Below are positions 47,208 through 57,544 of a stretch of DNA of 64,000 nt, in pieces. A model generated the notes under the pieces. That model worked only from the letters and a program-made list of their open reading frames with translations, searched no databases and was not told where the DNA came from. Position 1 is the stretch's first letter, and every line of letters begins with the position of its first letter. The position numbers were made by a program, and so were the translations under genes. Source of the DNA: Giardia intestinalis (Eukaryota); NCBI GenBank assembly GCA_000002435.2, contig CM018789.1; one strand, written 5' to 3'.

Positions 47208-50090
47208 TCAATAGACCAATGTATCAATCAGCTTTGTGATAACATTGACGGAGTTTGTGATATGATTGTACTGCTCTTCGATGATAGCGTAAACTGGGCG
47301 CAGTGACGATAGGAGCTCCTTCGATTTGCTTATTGTAAGTGCATGGTACCGGAGGAGGCAGCAGAATATTACAACGAACACGTCAAGACTAGCGTACGTT
47401 CTTGTTGTTGAGTGATGGCCGGCCCAACTACCAAGCAGCGAACAAAATGCCGAGAGGGAATCGTCATTAAGACATTGGATTTCTTGATCGATAATCCCGT
47501 GGTTCAAAGTAGTAATTTCGGGCAGCAACGAGGAAGCATCACTTGGCATCTGGAAAATCCTTTGGAAGCAAGAGCTGCCCGCGCGTGAAAGCTGTGCGTG
47601 GTCCTTCGCCTGCAGACCTATGTAAAATGGAAGGCGGTCCTTTGTGGATGCAGAGCCCGCCCGGCGCAGACGACCCCCGTATTGCTCCAGCAGCTCCCGT
47701 GTCGCGTGCCGATCCATTGCCACGGCATACAAGCGGCTTGCCAGGAGACTGTCCTTATGCAGAATGATTCCAAGTGACTGCGGGCCTTCTGTCAATAGGT
47801 CCAAGCAGCGGCGAATGTTCTTCTCGGCTGACTCAGCCTGCAACGAAGCCTCTACATACTCCGCATCATCTAGCGCTATCCCGAGACCATACTTTTCATT
47901 GTTCTTATAGATATACACACCAGGGACACCCACGAATGTTATTGCCACCACAGTATTATCAGACGTCACAGTGATAGAAGATATCGCAGAAAACTCCCTG
48001 AACTGCTGCTTGGCAACGATTTTATCCAAGAGGATGTCGTACACGATTACAGCAGCATGGGATCCGGTCATTTCCGGAGAGCTATCATCTACAGACCCTC
48101 CGTACACGAGCCGCTGGCCATGCTCAAAGAAGGATAGGCAGTTATGGGGGACCTCTATGTTGATAGACTGCATCCGGCTGAGAGCTATGCCAGAGCTCTG
48201 CGATATGTCCAGAACATAGAGTGCTGTCGCCGACGTTATAGAGACCAGTCCACGGATAACATCAAAGGCTACGGCTGTCACCACGATATCACCTCCCTCT
48301 GCGTCCGGTAGCAGCGAGCGCAGGCTGACCTCCTTCACTGCTTTGCGCGCTCTGATGTCAAATAGGACGATGTACCCTATGGAGTTGACCGCGTAGAGCA
48401 TCAGACCGTCATATGAGAATGATAGCCTAACAACAGACCGGTTTAGACAGTCTGGGTGAGAGAATAAACACGGAGCGCACCCCACCAGACGGCCACTCTG
48501 TAGCGCATACACGGCGGCACTGGAGCGGGTCCCAGCAAGGGCGACATAGTTCCCACAGAGGGAGATCACGCAGCAGCTGACGCTTTCTGACGACAGGCGG
48601 CACGCAAGATAATTTTCATTGGCATCATCTCCGTTACCAGCTACGAGAGTAAGGTTATCCTCGTTCTCGATGAATTTCACACTTGTCGGTAGAGTGACAC
48701 GATATCGGGATCTGAAGCGCTCTGCAGCCCGAGCATCAACAAAGTCCTGAGGAAGCACTCCGCCGTTCTCCTTCTTGAGCTTGGCCATTTCCCGCTTCTC
48801 AAGAGCCTCCCGGCCTAGATATCTGTCCGGAAGAGGCTCTATTAGCTCCTTGTTTTTGTAGAATGCCCACAAATGACAGAAGTCCTCTCCTCTGTGCGCA
48901 GTCACAACATTTGCCCAATGCTCATCACGGAGCTCACAGGCGTCGAAGTCAATGACCTCAGATGGATACTGCTTGTCATGGGAGGAAAAAAGCTCGGAAT
49001 TGTTCCTTTGATAGATCTGTACGTATCGTAGAGTCTTGTCCAAACCAGCTGTAAGCAAGAAAGGACAAGTCTCGGCTGCATGCACTATGTTGCTGCTGTT
49101 CTCGCGGTAAAACTTGGCCAGGGACACGCCTCCGCGATGCCCTGTGCGATGCTTAATCTGCTGTATGACAGTCAGGTTGGAATCGTACCCCAGAATCCGA
49201 ATGGTATTATCCGCGCCAGAAGAAAGGATGTATGTGTCTGGTAGCCAGAAGAGCGAAGTAACGCACATGCTGTGGGCCTTTAGCTCGCAGAGAATTCGAC
49301 GTGCGTCCAGGTCAAAGGCTTGGATGCGCCCTTGCTCTGTACCCACAAAGACGATGGCGTGTACTGAGGAGAACGTTGCACATGTAAAGCTATCTCCACT
49401 AAGGTCGCACGGAAGCGCGAACAGCACGCGCTGCTTCTTGAGGTGCACCATTGACACTCGCGACGGCTGGATCACAGCGACGACATCTATCTCTGGGGAA
49501 TTAACAATGCCCACGACGGGCTCTCCGTGTGCAAGGGAAATGTCGTTGGGTCCTTGCCGCAACGCAGTCACCCGCTTGTTTTTGTCTATATTATGGAGCT
49601 CCATCCTTCCACTGCTAGTCACGACCAAGACCTTATTCAGATATGTGTCCGGGTGCATAATCAAACTACAGGTGTCTGTGGGGTGCTCAAGTGGCAAAGA
49701 CCTAGGAGGCTTTATCTGCTCCATAAGCTCCAAGTCATATATAATGTATCGTCCAGACGCATCAAATGCAACCAGCGTCGACTCCTGAAGTACAAGGCAG
49801 AGGGGCCGATGGAGCAACCCGGAGATCTCTGCTACCAGCCGGCCGCGAGTGTATATTTCGAGCTCTGTCTTTCGCTGGTACATGACTACGGTCTTATCAC
49901 TATAGACAGCCATCTGCCGGATTGTGTCGGGGAGGGCCGGAGAGTAGACAAACGGGGCAAGCATGTCGGCTCTATAAACAAGAAATCCGCGGCCAACAGA
50001 CGCCGCAGCATAGTACTCCACCCCGAGGCGTCCGATGGCGAGCGGGGTCTCGTCGACGATGACACCGACGATCTGGCTGAGGGAGAGCAT
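47208..50090 (-). CDS. WD40-repeat protein, Utp21/WDR36-like (SSU processome component), 960 aa
   Basis: N-terminal pattern G.V....PLA........VG..F.VY.......FV....LPD.I..MA.Y.D.T compared with the Utp21 N-terminus. Multiple WD-like strands; size matches. Confidence 0.45.
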   Translation of the reverse strand: MLSLSQIVGVIVDETPLAIGRLGVEYYAAASVGRGFLVYRADMLAPFVYSPALPDTIRQMAVYSDKTVVMYQRKTELEIYTRGRLVAEISGLLHRPLCLVLQESTLVAFDASGRYIIYDLELMEQIKPPRSLPLEHPTDTCSLIMHPDTYLNKVLVVTSSGRMELHNIDKNKRVTALRQGPNDISLAHGEPVVGIVNSPEIDVVAVIQPSRVSMVHLKKQRVLFALPCDLSGDSFTCATFSSVHAIVFVGTEQGRIQAFDLDARRILCELKAHSMCVTSLFWLPDTYILSSGADNTIRILGYDSNLTVIQQIKHRTGHRGGVSLAKFYRENSSNIVHAAETCPFLLTAGLDKTLRYVQIYQRNNSELFSSHDKQYPSEVIDFDACELRDEHWANVVTAHRGEDFCHLWAFYKNKELIEPLPDRYLGREALEKREMAKLKKENGGVLPQDFVDARAAERFRSRYRVTLPTSVKFIENEDNLTLVAGNGDDANENYLACRLSSESVSCCVISLCGNYVALAGTRSSAAVYALQSGRLVGCAPCLFSHPDCLNRSVVRLSFSYDGLMLYAVNSIGYIVLFDIRARKAVKEVSLRSLLPDAEGGDIVVTAVAFDVIRGLVSITSATALYVLDISQSSGIALSRMQSINIEVPHNCLSFFEHGQRLVYGGSVDDSSPEMTGSHAAVIVYDILLDKIVAKQQFREFSAISSITVTSDNTVVAITFVGVPGVYIYKNNEKYGLGIALDDAEYVEASLQAESAEKNIRRCLDLLTEGPQSLGIILHKDSLLASRLYAVAMDRHATRELLEQYGGRLRRAGSASTKDRLPFYIGLQAKDHAQLSRAGSSCFQRIFQMPSDASSLLPEITTLNHGIIDQEIQCLNDDSLSAFCSLLGSWAGHHSTTRTYASLDVFVVIFCCLLRYHALTISKSKELLSSLRPVYAIIEEQYNHITNSVNVITKLIDTLVY

Positions 50091-50145
50091 TTACATTTAA
50101 TTGCTCGTGCAAAATTGAATGAAAGAACGCCAAATAGACTACAAA

Positions 50146-50391
50146 TCACTTTCCACCTGCCGGCTTCTTCTTGACGGAGGCCCCGCGCTTTGTCTTCCGC
50201 TTTGTCTTCTTTGCGCGGACAATGGGCTCCTTCGCCGCCTCTTCCATGTACCGAACCGTCCGCTGAATCGACGGGTCACAGGCCTCGAGGCTCGGCACCG
50301 GATAGGAGAATGTGTCTGGCGGACTGAAGGGGAAAACGGCAAAGACCGGAGCCTTGTACTTCTGCTGCGCTGCCTGTGCGGGTGCTGCCAT
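50146..50391 (-). CDS. Possible small basic protein (81 aa, Lys/Arg-rich C-terminus)
   Basis: The track start at 50394 is GTG; ATG at 50391. The AT-rich initiator is ~50 nt upstream rather than adjacent, which lowers confidence. Confidence 0.25.
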   Translation of the reverse strand: MAAPAQAAQQKYKAPVFAVFPFSPPDTFSYPVPSLEACDPSIQRTVRYMEEAAKEPIVRAKKTKRKTKRGASVKKKPAGGK

Positions 50392-50437
50392 CACGCTGCC
50401 GTTGGAGCGGATTTTGCTGCTCGGCGGGCAAGCGGTC

Positions 50438-50492
50438 TTAATTAAAAAAGTATTTTAAATTCATATCTTTTAGTTCTAAAAAGGTGCGCTAA
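50438..50492. promoter_or_regulatory. AT-rich bidirectional initiator region
   Basis: ttaattaaaaaagtattttaaattcatatcttttagttctaaaaagg immediately upstream of the ATG at 50493, and upstream of the divergent small ORF. Confidence 0.35.
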
Positions 50493-50987
50493 ATGACAGA
50501 TGAGCAGGTTGTTCACGCCACAGCGGCCGGCCCTGAAGGCGCAGAAGAGACCCCTGGGGTCGTAGAGGCGGCGGGTGGGGCCAAACGCTTCACAACACTC
50601 GACGACATCGTCAAACAGAGGCGGATTCAATACAAGGCCGAAAAGGCCGCCAGGCAGGCCGGCAAGGGCGGAAAAAAGAACGGGAAGATAGTGGTCAAGA
50701 TGAAGGGTGTCAGCGAGTCTTCGGCCGCATCTTCGGACGCCGTCGTCATGGTGTATAACCTCCCGCAGAGCATCACCAAGGAGAAAATGCGCGAGATTGT
50801 CAAGGACTCCGTCTCAGTGTACCCCGCAAGTATCGAGCTGGGTAAGCCCATTAAGGTCGGATTTGGAAGTGAGGATAAGGCGGCAGAGTTCGCAGACAAC
50901 ATATCTAAGTTTTACTGTAAGGAAACTAGCAAGAACGTCGTTGCCAAAATGAAGTCCAGTTCCGTCACGCTTGTTAAAAGGGTCTGA
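50493..50987 (+). CDS. Hypothetical protein (164 aa)
   Basis: ATG directly after a strongly AT-rich initiator. Possible degenerate RRM-like segment VVMVYNLPQSITKEKMREIV. Confidence 0.4.
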   Translation: MTDEQVVHATAAGPEGAEETPGVVEAAGGAKRFTTLDDIVKQRRIQYKAEKAARQAGKGGKKNGKIVVKMKGVSESSAASSDAVVMVYNLPQSITKEKMREIVKDSVSVYPASIELGKPIKVGFGSEDKAAEFADNISKFYCKETSKNVVAKMKSSSVTLVKRV

Positions 50988-51008
50988 GTCGCGTCTGCGC
51001 TATGTAAA

Positions 51009-52133
51009 TTACGTAGACCCTGCGAATGCACGGGCCATAGTCCGGCCTCGCATCGCATCGCCGTCGAACACCCCTCGGAACCGGCTTATGGGTCCCCGAG
51101 CCTCTGCGGATTCCTCTACGCGTTCGATGTCTGCGGTGCGGCAGGTCCAGATCGCCGTGTTGAGGCTAATGGTGACGGTTCCGCCGTTTATCGCACGCAC
51201 CACTCCGGTCTGACCAGACCACTCTCTTCCAAACTCGGAGCATTCTGCCCGGACCCTCACTGTGTCTCCAGGGTGGAGCTCGCTGGCCTGCGGGGTCTCC
51301 GGAGATGACGAGTCAACGTCTGGTGGGGATGGTGAGAGACGCCAAACGTTGGCTCCAATTCCAACGTCCTTGGGGATCCTGTGTGCGAGCTTGGGGGAGT
51401 TATCGACGACATCGGGCGCCCATCTGACACTATTGCGACTCCTTTCTCCCCTTTGCTTATCTCGACGGGGCCACTCGGCCAGTGATTCCTGCTTTCGCGC
51501 AGACCTTAATGGAACCGTTACCACATGCTGCCCCTGGTCTTTATGGTGAGTACCAGGCTTCTGATCCTGCTTCTTGATCTGCTGGGTTAGCTGAGATGTC
51601 GGTGCAGGCTGATTTTGGGACGGAGGGCTTGCCGATGAGTCCTCCTCGACGCTGTCGTCTGCGTTCCTGGAGATTCTGCTTGTTCTGTGGTAGCTTTTGA
51701 TTATTTCATTAGCGATGGACGGTCTAGGTCGCACCTCCGCTTCTTGTGTGTCCTTGTTGAATGCGTCTGACAATAGTGCATCGAAAGTTAATGGCGACTG
51801 GACGTCCTTCTCACCAGTAGCTGAGTTAGCACGCTCTTCGTATACGTCTACAATATCTTTGTTTGAAGCCGTATCTACAGGCAAGACATTCAGTGGCTCA
51901 AAGGTCATGTAATCGGCGTTAAAGGCGTATTTCTTCCCTAATTGTCCAGCCAGCTCTACTATGTGATGCAGGCATATGTTTATGTTGGGTGTTATTCTGT
52001 AGCGCAGGCGGCAGATTTTACATGCCTTTTGTCGCTTGGAGCTAAGGCACCCCTTGCAGAATGTGTGCCCGCACTTGAGCGTGATCGGAGCGTTAAAAGT
52101 CCGATTGCAGGCGGGGCACTCTAGGAGCTCCAT
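51009..52133 (-). CDS. RING finger (C3HC4) protein, putative E3 ubiquitin ligase
   Basis: CPACNRTFNAPITLKCGHTFCKGCLSSKRQKACKICRLRY. C-terminal small beta-barrel-like GDTVRVRAECSEFGREWSGQTGVVRAINGGTVTISL. Confidence 0.55.
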   Translation of the reverse strand: MELLECPACNRTFNAPITLKCGHTFCKGCLSSKRQKACKICRLRYRITPNINICLHHIVELAGQLGKKYAFNADYMTFEPLNVLPVDTASNKDIVDVYEERANSATGEKDVQSPLTFDALLSDAFNKDTQEAEVRPRPSIANEIIKSYHRTSRISRNADDSVEEDSSASPPSQNQPAPTSQLTQQIKKQDQKPGTHHKDQGQHVVTVPLRSARKQESLAEWPRRDKQRGERSRNSVRWAPDVVDNSPKLAHRIPKDVGIGANVWRLSPSPPDVDSSSPETPQASELHPGDTVRVRAECSEFGREWSGQTGVVRAINGGTVTISLNTAIWTCRTADIERVEESAEARGPISRFRGVFDGDAMRGRTMARAFAGST

Positions 52134-52194
52134 TTTATGAATGTAGCTGCGAATCCTTCGTTCTAGTTCGCACAGTGGTAAATAGTATACCTTA

Positions 52195-55100
52195 TTAGTG
52201 GGCTAGTTCGTCGGCCTCCGTGACCAGGGCATCGACCTGGCGTACCATGCGTGCATGCCGGTGATGCTGACACTTCACAATCAGGGCAATGGTGGTGGCG
52301 ATCGCAATCGCTGCCCCTATAACACTGCACGAAATTGCAGTGGCTGTTGATGCGCTAGAGGCATTTCTGATGAAGCACGTCCCGGTTGCAGTGTCAACAA
52401 GCCACGGGTCAGCGCACGTTGTGCACTGGAACTGCGAAGAGCGCGTGCTGTTATAGGCACACTCCAAACAGTGGTCAATGTCTGGGCACTTGACGCAGTA
52501 AGACACCCCGTTAGATACGACCTGCGTGTACCCCTCGAGACACCGGAGACACTTGTATTCCTTGTCAAAGGTGCAATCTGCACAATTAGACCCAGCAAAG
52601 TTACACTCCCGGCAGGCCCCGCGATAGAGGTACATTTCGCTGCGGCACCTTGCGCAGGTGTAATCATTTGCACAGACAAGACATCCATGCGCATTTTCCC
52701 TGCATACTCCAGGAACACAGTCATGATAGGAAATGGAGTATCCACCAAAGCAGCGAGTGCAGAACGTCTTAGAGCACTCTGCACACATGTAGAATAGGCT
52801 TTCGCATAGCGTGCAAATGTTACTTATCATAGTGTATCCGGCTATGCAATCAGTGCATTGGAGCTCGCCGTTGCACACACAGCCTTGGGAGCAGTATGGG
52901 TTGAGCTGGCACTTACCCCCACGTAGTGTGTAGAATGGCTCGCACATCGTGCACAAGGGGCCGTATGTTTTGGTCATGTAGCACTCGATGCAGTTTGGTA
53001 TCATGTTGCACGGATAGCAACCGTTCTGCCAGAGGAAGTATGTGGGGGCACAGCCAGTACACGTACCTGAGTACTGGTTGCAAACATCTTGCTTTGAATC
53101 CTGCACACACACTCCGTCGATCGGTACATACCCACTCACACACGTGAGACACTTATCCGCGTGTGCACCTGTTCCACACACCTTGCAGTTATCCTGGTTT
53201 GTGAAGCAAACACGGAGAATGCATGCCTTGGTGGGAGTCAGCATGAACCCGTTTTCACACTCCTCGCACTGGCTACCGTCATTAATGTCACATTTAGTAC
53301 AATATGGAAGAGAGCAGAGGCACTTATTTTGAAACTCTCTGTAGTTTGCATTGCAGTGAAGACAAATTTCTCCATTCTCAAAATCACATTCACCGCAAGC
53401 AGGATCGGAACATGCACACTCGTTCCCATTTTTAGTCGGCCAGTACCCCCTCTGACAAACAATACAGTAGTCAGGGTTGCCGGGAGGGCAGCTCAAGCAG
53501 TTTTCCACACTGCAAGGTATTTCTTCACAGGCGGAAGTTTCTGTCAATCGGTATCCCTTCTCACACATGAAGCACTTCTTTCCATCCCTTGCAATGCATA
53601 ATATACAATTTTTTACGTCACAAGCACAAGTCGTCCTGTCTTCACTTAGCGCATAATTGTATACGCATACATTGCACAAGTTTCCATTGGCACTGTCGCA
53701 CTCAAGACATTCTTGAACCATGCACAGACATAGACCTTCCTGGGGCGTATAGTTTTGGACACACGATGTGCATTCCGAGCCGTTGGTTGGAGAGCACGTT
53801 GCGCAATTCTGCACTGTGCAGAGGCACTCTGCATTTGATGGCATAAGAGAGTAACCGCGTTCGCACTCTATGCATCCCCTGCTTAGAGAGTACTGCTTGC
53901 AATTTGCAACGTTTGGTTGGCATGCAGTTCCAGTGAGTGTGTATCCCAAGTTGCAGATCTCGCACTTTGTACCATCAGATAGATTGCAAACGCGGCAGTT
54001 GTCAGCTGCACAGTTGCATGTTGCGCTGGTTGGACCCTTTATGAACCCAGTTATGCACGTGTCACATAGAGCACCATCAGATGAGTTACACGTCTCACAT
54101 AGTTGCACATCACAAATGCACTGATTCATTGAAAGATCCAGTTTATAGCCAGTAACGCACTCTAGACACTGCTGTCCGTTTGACGGCCTGCACTTTGAGC
54201 AGTTTAACAACAAACAAGTGCAGGTCTGGCTATTTGTTGAAAGCTCATAGTTGTCATTGCATTCGGCACATACATTGCTTTGGCCACAGTTTTTACAGTT
54301 ATCAATGCTGCACGTACTAGTTGTACACTGTCCGGAGGAATCTAAAGTATAGCTTGTCTTACATGCTAAGCATTTTGTGCCGTCCTCGGGGTCGCACTCA
54401 GCGCAATTGGTCAGCGTGCATGCACACTCCGTATTATCTGCTTGCAATACAAACCCATTTGCACACTGAATACACATCTTTCCATTCTCGTGGCACTTAT
54501 TGCAGTTTCTGATCTTGCAGAAGCAGCGTCCGTGAAAGAGCTCCCAATTGGTGTTACAAAACTCGCAGCTCCCTTCATAGATAGGGCTCGCCACCAGACA
54601 CCCAGGAATTTTTCCCACACAGGCACCGTGGACCAAATCATAGTTCAAATGGCATTCATCGCAAAGCTGACCATCTTGTGGGCTGCACGTTTTGCAGGCA
54701 TCAATCAAGCATTCACAGCCACCCTCTCCCTTTCGGTAGCCATTAATGCATGCCTTACAAGACCGTCCGTCCTGCGAGCATGTTGCGCAGTTCCGAATGG
54801 CGCACTCGCATAGCCCATCGGGTGTAACGTCGTATCCTCCAACGCATACCAGGCACAAGTCCCCGTCATCAGGGTTGCATATGAGACAGTTCAGGGCGTT
54901 GCAGGCACACCCAAGTCCATCATTCACCAAAGAATATCCTTTTATACACTGAGCACACAGAACCCCGTCACATTCTTCGCAGTATAGGACCTGGCACTTC
55001 ACACTTAAGCAGACCTCCCCGGAAAACGCCGTGACGTAACCACTACTGCAAATGGAGCATACAGATCCGTTGACTGGAGAGGGGTATAGGCAGTTTTCTA

Positions 55101-56094
55101 GACTACTTGCGCATACCTTAAAATCGTGAGAAAGAACGTAGTTAGTAACACAACGGACGCATTGGCTTCCATCTGCAGGAAAGCACTCAGCGCAATGCTC
55201 GACCGCGCAGGTACAACTGCGTTGGGAGTAGCTTTGAACGTAACCAGTAACGCAAGTTACACATTGCGCGCCGTCAGTAGAAGAGCAGAAGGCACAGTTG
55301 TCCACTCCACAGCTGCACGTGCTGCCATCTTCTGAGAGCCTATAGCCAGTAATACATTTCTGACAACGTGCAGTTCCTTGAGAGCCGCACTGAATACAAT
55401 TCCTTACGGAGCAAACACAGGCTCTGTGTGGTGTGAGAGCATAGTTAGCATCACACTGGGTACACTGCTGACCGTCAGTCGGGGAGCATGTAGTACAGTG
55501 TGGGACGCCGCATATACAAGTTCGTCCTTCATCTTTGAGTGAATATCCACGCGTACACTGAATACAAATGTTGGGCGCTTGTGAAGCGCACACCCGACAA
55601 TTTTGAACTGTGCAGGTGGCTTGTCCAGGTGATACAAACAAACCTTTGTGCCGTCTCTGTAAGGGCATTCGCCTTTCACTCAAGGTGGTGCATTGTAGTA
55701 GAGTAGCACCCGAGTCTGACATGACGTTGATACCGAAGTAAGTGGAGTGGCACGCGAGGCAGTGAGGAACACCACCAACCAACACGCAATCCTTGCAGCC
55801 CGGACCCAGCTTCAATACAGCGTGTGAGCATATAACACATGCGCCCATCTGGTCGCCGTCGTGAAATAGAAAATATCCAGGCCGGCAGCCAACGCACGTG
55901 CCACCCAAGTGAGAGGTGCATGGAATAGACGCATTACCTCCAAGACATAGACCATCAACGGGTAGAAAGCCTTCCTGGCAACGACGACAATAGTTGTTAT
56001 CTAGATCCAAGCAGTCAAGACAGTGGGGAATAGTAGAACCACACTGCCCACACCGGAGGAGCGCGGGCAGCAGAGCCACAAAAAAACTCATCAT
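52195..56094 (-). CDS. High-cysteine membrane protein (VSP-like CxxC-rich type I membrane protein, not a canonical VSP)
   Basis: N-terminal signal peptide MMSFFVALLPALLRC. Dozens of CxxC / C.C..GY repeats over ~1200 aa. Single C-terminal TM AISCSVIGAAIAIATTIALIV. Cytoplasmic tail KCQHHRHARMVRQVDALVTEADELAH instead of the VSP CRGKA tail. Confidence 0.7.
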   Translation of the reverse strand: MMSFFVALLPALLRCGQCGSTIPHCLDCLDLDNNYCRRCQEGFLPVDGLCLGGNASIPCTSHLGGTCVGCRPGYFLFHDGDQMGACVICSHAVLKLGPGCKDCVLVGGVPHCLACHSTYFGINVMSDSGATLLQCTTLSERRMPLQRRHKGLFVSPGQATCTVQNCRVCASQAPNICIQCTRGYSLKDEGRTCICGVPHCTTCSPTDGQQCTQCDANYALTPHRACVCSVRNCIQCGSQGTARCQKCITGYRLSEDGSTCSCGVDNCAFCSSTDGAQCVTCVTGYVQSYSQRSCTCAVEHCAECFPADGSQCVRCVTNYVLSHDFKVCASSLENCLYPSPVNGSVCSICSSGYVTAFSGEVCLSVKCQVLYCEECDGVLCAQCIKGYSLVNDGLGCACNALNCLICNPDDGDLCLVCVGGYDVTPDGLCECAIRNCATCSQDGRSCKACINGYRKGEGGCECLIDACKTCSPQDGQLCDECHLNYDLVHGACVGKIPGCLVASPIYEGSCEFCNTNWELFHGRCFCKIRNCNKCHENGKMCIQCANGFVLQADNTECACTLTNCAECDPEDGTKCLACKTSYTLDSSGQCTTSTCSIDNCKNCGQSNVCAECNDNYELSTNSQTCTCLLLNCSKCRPSNGQQCLECVTGYKLDLSMNQCICDVQLCETCNSSDGALCDTCITGFIKGPTSATCNCAADNCRVCNLSDGTKCEICNLGYTLTGTACQPNVANCKQYSLSRGCIECERGYSLMPSNAECLCTVQNCATCSPTNGSECTSCVQNYTPQEGLCLCMVQECLECDSANGNLCNVCVYNYALSEDRTTCACDVKNCILCIARDGKKCFMCEKGYRLTETSACEEIPCSVENCLSCPPGNPDYCIVCQRGYWPTKNGNECACSDPACGECDFENGEICLHCNANYREFQNKCLCSLPYCTKCDINDGSQCEECENGFMLTPTKACILRVCFTNQDNCKVCGTGAHADKCLTCVSGYVPIDGVCVQDSKQDVCNQYSGTCTGCAPTYFLWQNGCYPCNMIPNCIECYMTKTYGPLCTMCEPFYTLRGGKCQLNPYCSQGCVCNGELQCTDCIAGYTMISNICTLCESLFYMCAECSKTFCTRCFGGYSISYHDCVPGVCRENAHGCLVCANDYTCARCRSEMYLYRGACRECNFAGSNCADCTFDKEYKCLRCLEGYTQVVSNGVSYCVKCPDIDHCLECAYNSTRSSQFQCTTCADPWLVDTATGTCFIRNASSASTATAISCSVIGAAIAIATTIALIVKCQHHRHARMVRQVDALVTEADELAH

Positions 56095-56143
56095 GGCGGA
56101 ATTACAAGTTAATCATTGTTAAAAAAGATTTTCGTGTTTTAAA

Positions 56144-57478
56144 ATGTCTTTCGTGGAGCACCGCAGCCGCATTGTGGGGGCCTTCCCCGATGATATCATC
56201 GTTCTCAAGGGGGGCGAGCAGACTGCCCGTTACAACACAGACAGAGACATAATGTTCCGCCAGGAGTCGAACTTCCTCTACGTCACGGGCTGTAGCGAGC
56301 CGGGCTGTGTCGCTTTCATCGACTCGCGCTATAACGTCTTCATGCTGTTTGTTCCCCGCTACAGTCCTGAGCATGCTCTTTGGCTCGGTGAGCCGGAAAG
56401 TAACGACTTCAAGCAGGCGAAGTACGGCGCCTCCAACGTGATGTACATCGACGAACTGCCGGCTGTCCTGGAGCAGACGGCGGGGCGCACCATCCACATA
56501 GTCGATGGTCTACCCAATATTGAGTTTCCAGAGGGCGCTCTTGTCCTCAAGGACCTTGGCCCGGTGATTGCGGAAGCCAGGGTCTACAAGACAGACTGGG
56601 AGATAGAGCAGATGACCAAGGCCGCACAGGCTGGTGCAGACGCCCAGAGGGCCGTTATGAAGCTCCTTACGGATAAGATGCACGAGTTTCACGCCGAGGC
56701 GCTCTATGTCGGCTACGTCATGGCCCGTGGATGCAGGCATACGTCCTTCGATTGTATCACAGCAGGAGGACAGCACGCGTCGATCCTCCACTACGTTGAC
56801 AACGTCTACAAGCTTAACGCTGGGGACACGTTTCTCCTCGACTCTGGCTGCGAGGTCAACGGCTATGCCTCGGATCACACACGTACCTTCCCTGTCAGCC
56901 AGCGCTTTACTCCGCGCCAGGAGGCCCTCTATAACGTTGTCCTCCGCGCAAACAAGGAGTGCATAGCCATGTGCCAGCCTGGTACTCCGTGGGAGAACGT
57001 TCATATGCACGCCCTTTCCGTCATCCTCCAGGGCCTCCGCGAGTGCGGCATTGTCAGGTCCGAAGGATCGTTCACGGACCAGATGGAGGCTGGCGTGCCC
57101 ACCATCTTCATGCCACACGGGCTCGGTCATCTGATCGGCCTTGATGTCCATGATGTTGGTGGCTACAGGGACGACATTCCGCGCTCGACAGATCCTAGGC
57201 TCTGCAGACTGCGTACCCGCCGCACCCTGGCTCCGCGCATGGTCATCACGGTCGAGCCAGGACTCTACTTTGTCCCGGGCTTCCTCGCAAGAGCGTATGA
57301 TGACCCCATCATCGCGCCACACATCAACTTCGATGTGGTGGAGGAGTATCGCGCAGAGTGCGGAGGGTATCGGATTGAGGATGACGTCCTGGTCACTCCG
57401 GATGGCCCCATTGTCCTCCCCGGTGCTCCTAAGGAGCTCAGCGAGATCTATGCCCTCAGAGACCAAGCCTACCAGTGA
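56144..57478 (+). CDS. Xaa-Pro dipeptidase (prolidase, peptidase family M24B)
   Basis: FRQESNFLYVTGCSEPGCVAF (N-terminal domain), HGLGHLIGLDVHDVGGY, VEPGLYF, and the metal-ligand pattern of M24B. AT-rich initiator aaaaaagattttcgtgttttaaaATG. Confidence 0.8.
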   Translation: MSFVEHRSRIVGAFPDDIIVLKGGEQTARYNTDRDIMFRQESNFLYVTGCSEPGCVAFIDSRYNVFMLFVPRYSPEHALWLGEPESNDFKQAKYGASNVMYIDELPAVLEQTAGRTIHIVDGLPNIEFPEGALVLKDLGPVIAEARVYKTDWEIEQMTKAAQAGADAQRAVMKLLTDKMHEFHAEALYVGYVMARGCRHTSFDCITAGGQHASILHYVDNVYKLNAGDTFLLDSGCEVNGYASDHTRTFPVSQRFTPRQEALYNVVLRANKECIAMCQPGTPWENVHMHALSVILQGLRECGIVRSEGSFTDQMEAGVPTIFMPHGLGHLIGLDVHDVGGYRDDIPRSTDPRLCRLRTRRTLAPRMVITVEPGLYFVPGFLARAYDDPIIAPHINFDVVEEYRAECGGYRIEDDVLVTPDGPIVLPGAPKELSEIYALRDQAYQ

Positions 57479-57498
57479 GTAGGTGTCAGCGAGTGGCA

Positions 57499-57505
57499 AG
57501 TAAAC
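57499..57505 (+). terminator. Putative polyadenylation signal AGTAAAC 21 nt after the prolidase stop
   Basis: Exact AGTRAAY. Confidence 0.4.
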
Positions 57506-57506
57506 C

Positions 57507-57513
57507 ATTTACT
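57507..57513 (-). terminator. Putative polyadenylation signal AGTAAAT (minus strand) ~32 nt after the MATE gene stop
   Basis: Interleaved with the plus-strand signal in the 66-bp convergent gap. Confidence 0.35.
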
Positions 57514-57544
57514 ATTTTGCATCAACACAGATTGTCTATCTAAT

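Noticed and set aside
47076-47306. 76-aa Cys-rich plus-strand ORF in the gap before the Utp21-like gene
   Set aside because: Overlaps the 3' end of the Utp21-like CDS. No initiator context. Likely spurious.
52317-54952. Many 60-155-aa ORFs on both strands inside the HCMP gene
   Set aside because: Cys-codon-rich (TGC/TGT/GCA) sequence is open in several frames. All are nested in the 1299-aa CDS.
56510-57508. 332-aa minus-strand ORF antisense to the prolidase gene
   Set aside because: Complete overlap with a well-supported M24B peptidase CDS. Typical stop-poor antisense frame of GC3-biased coding DNA.
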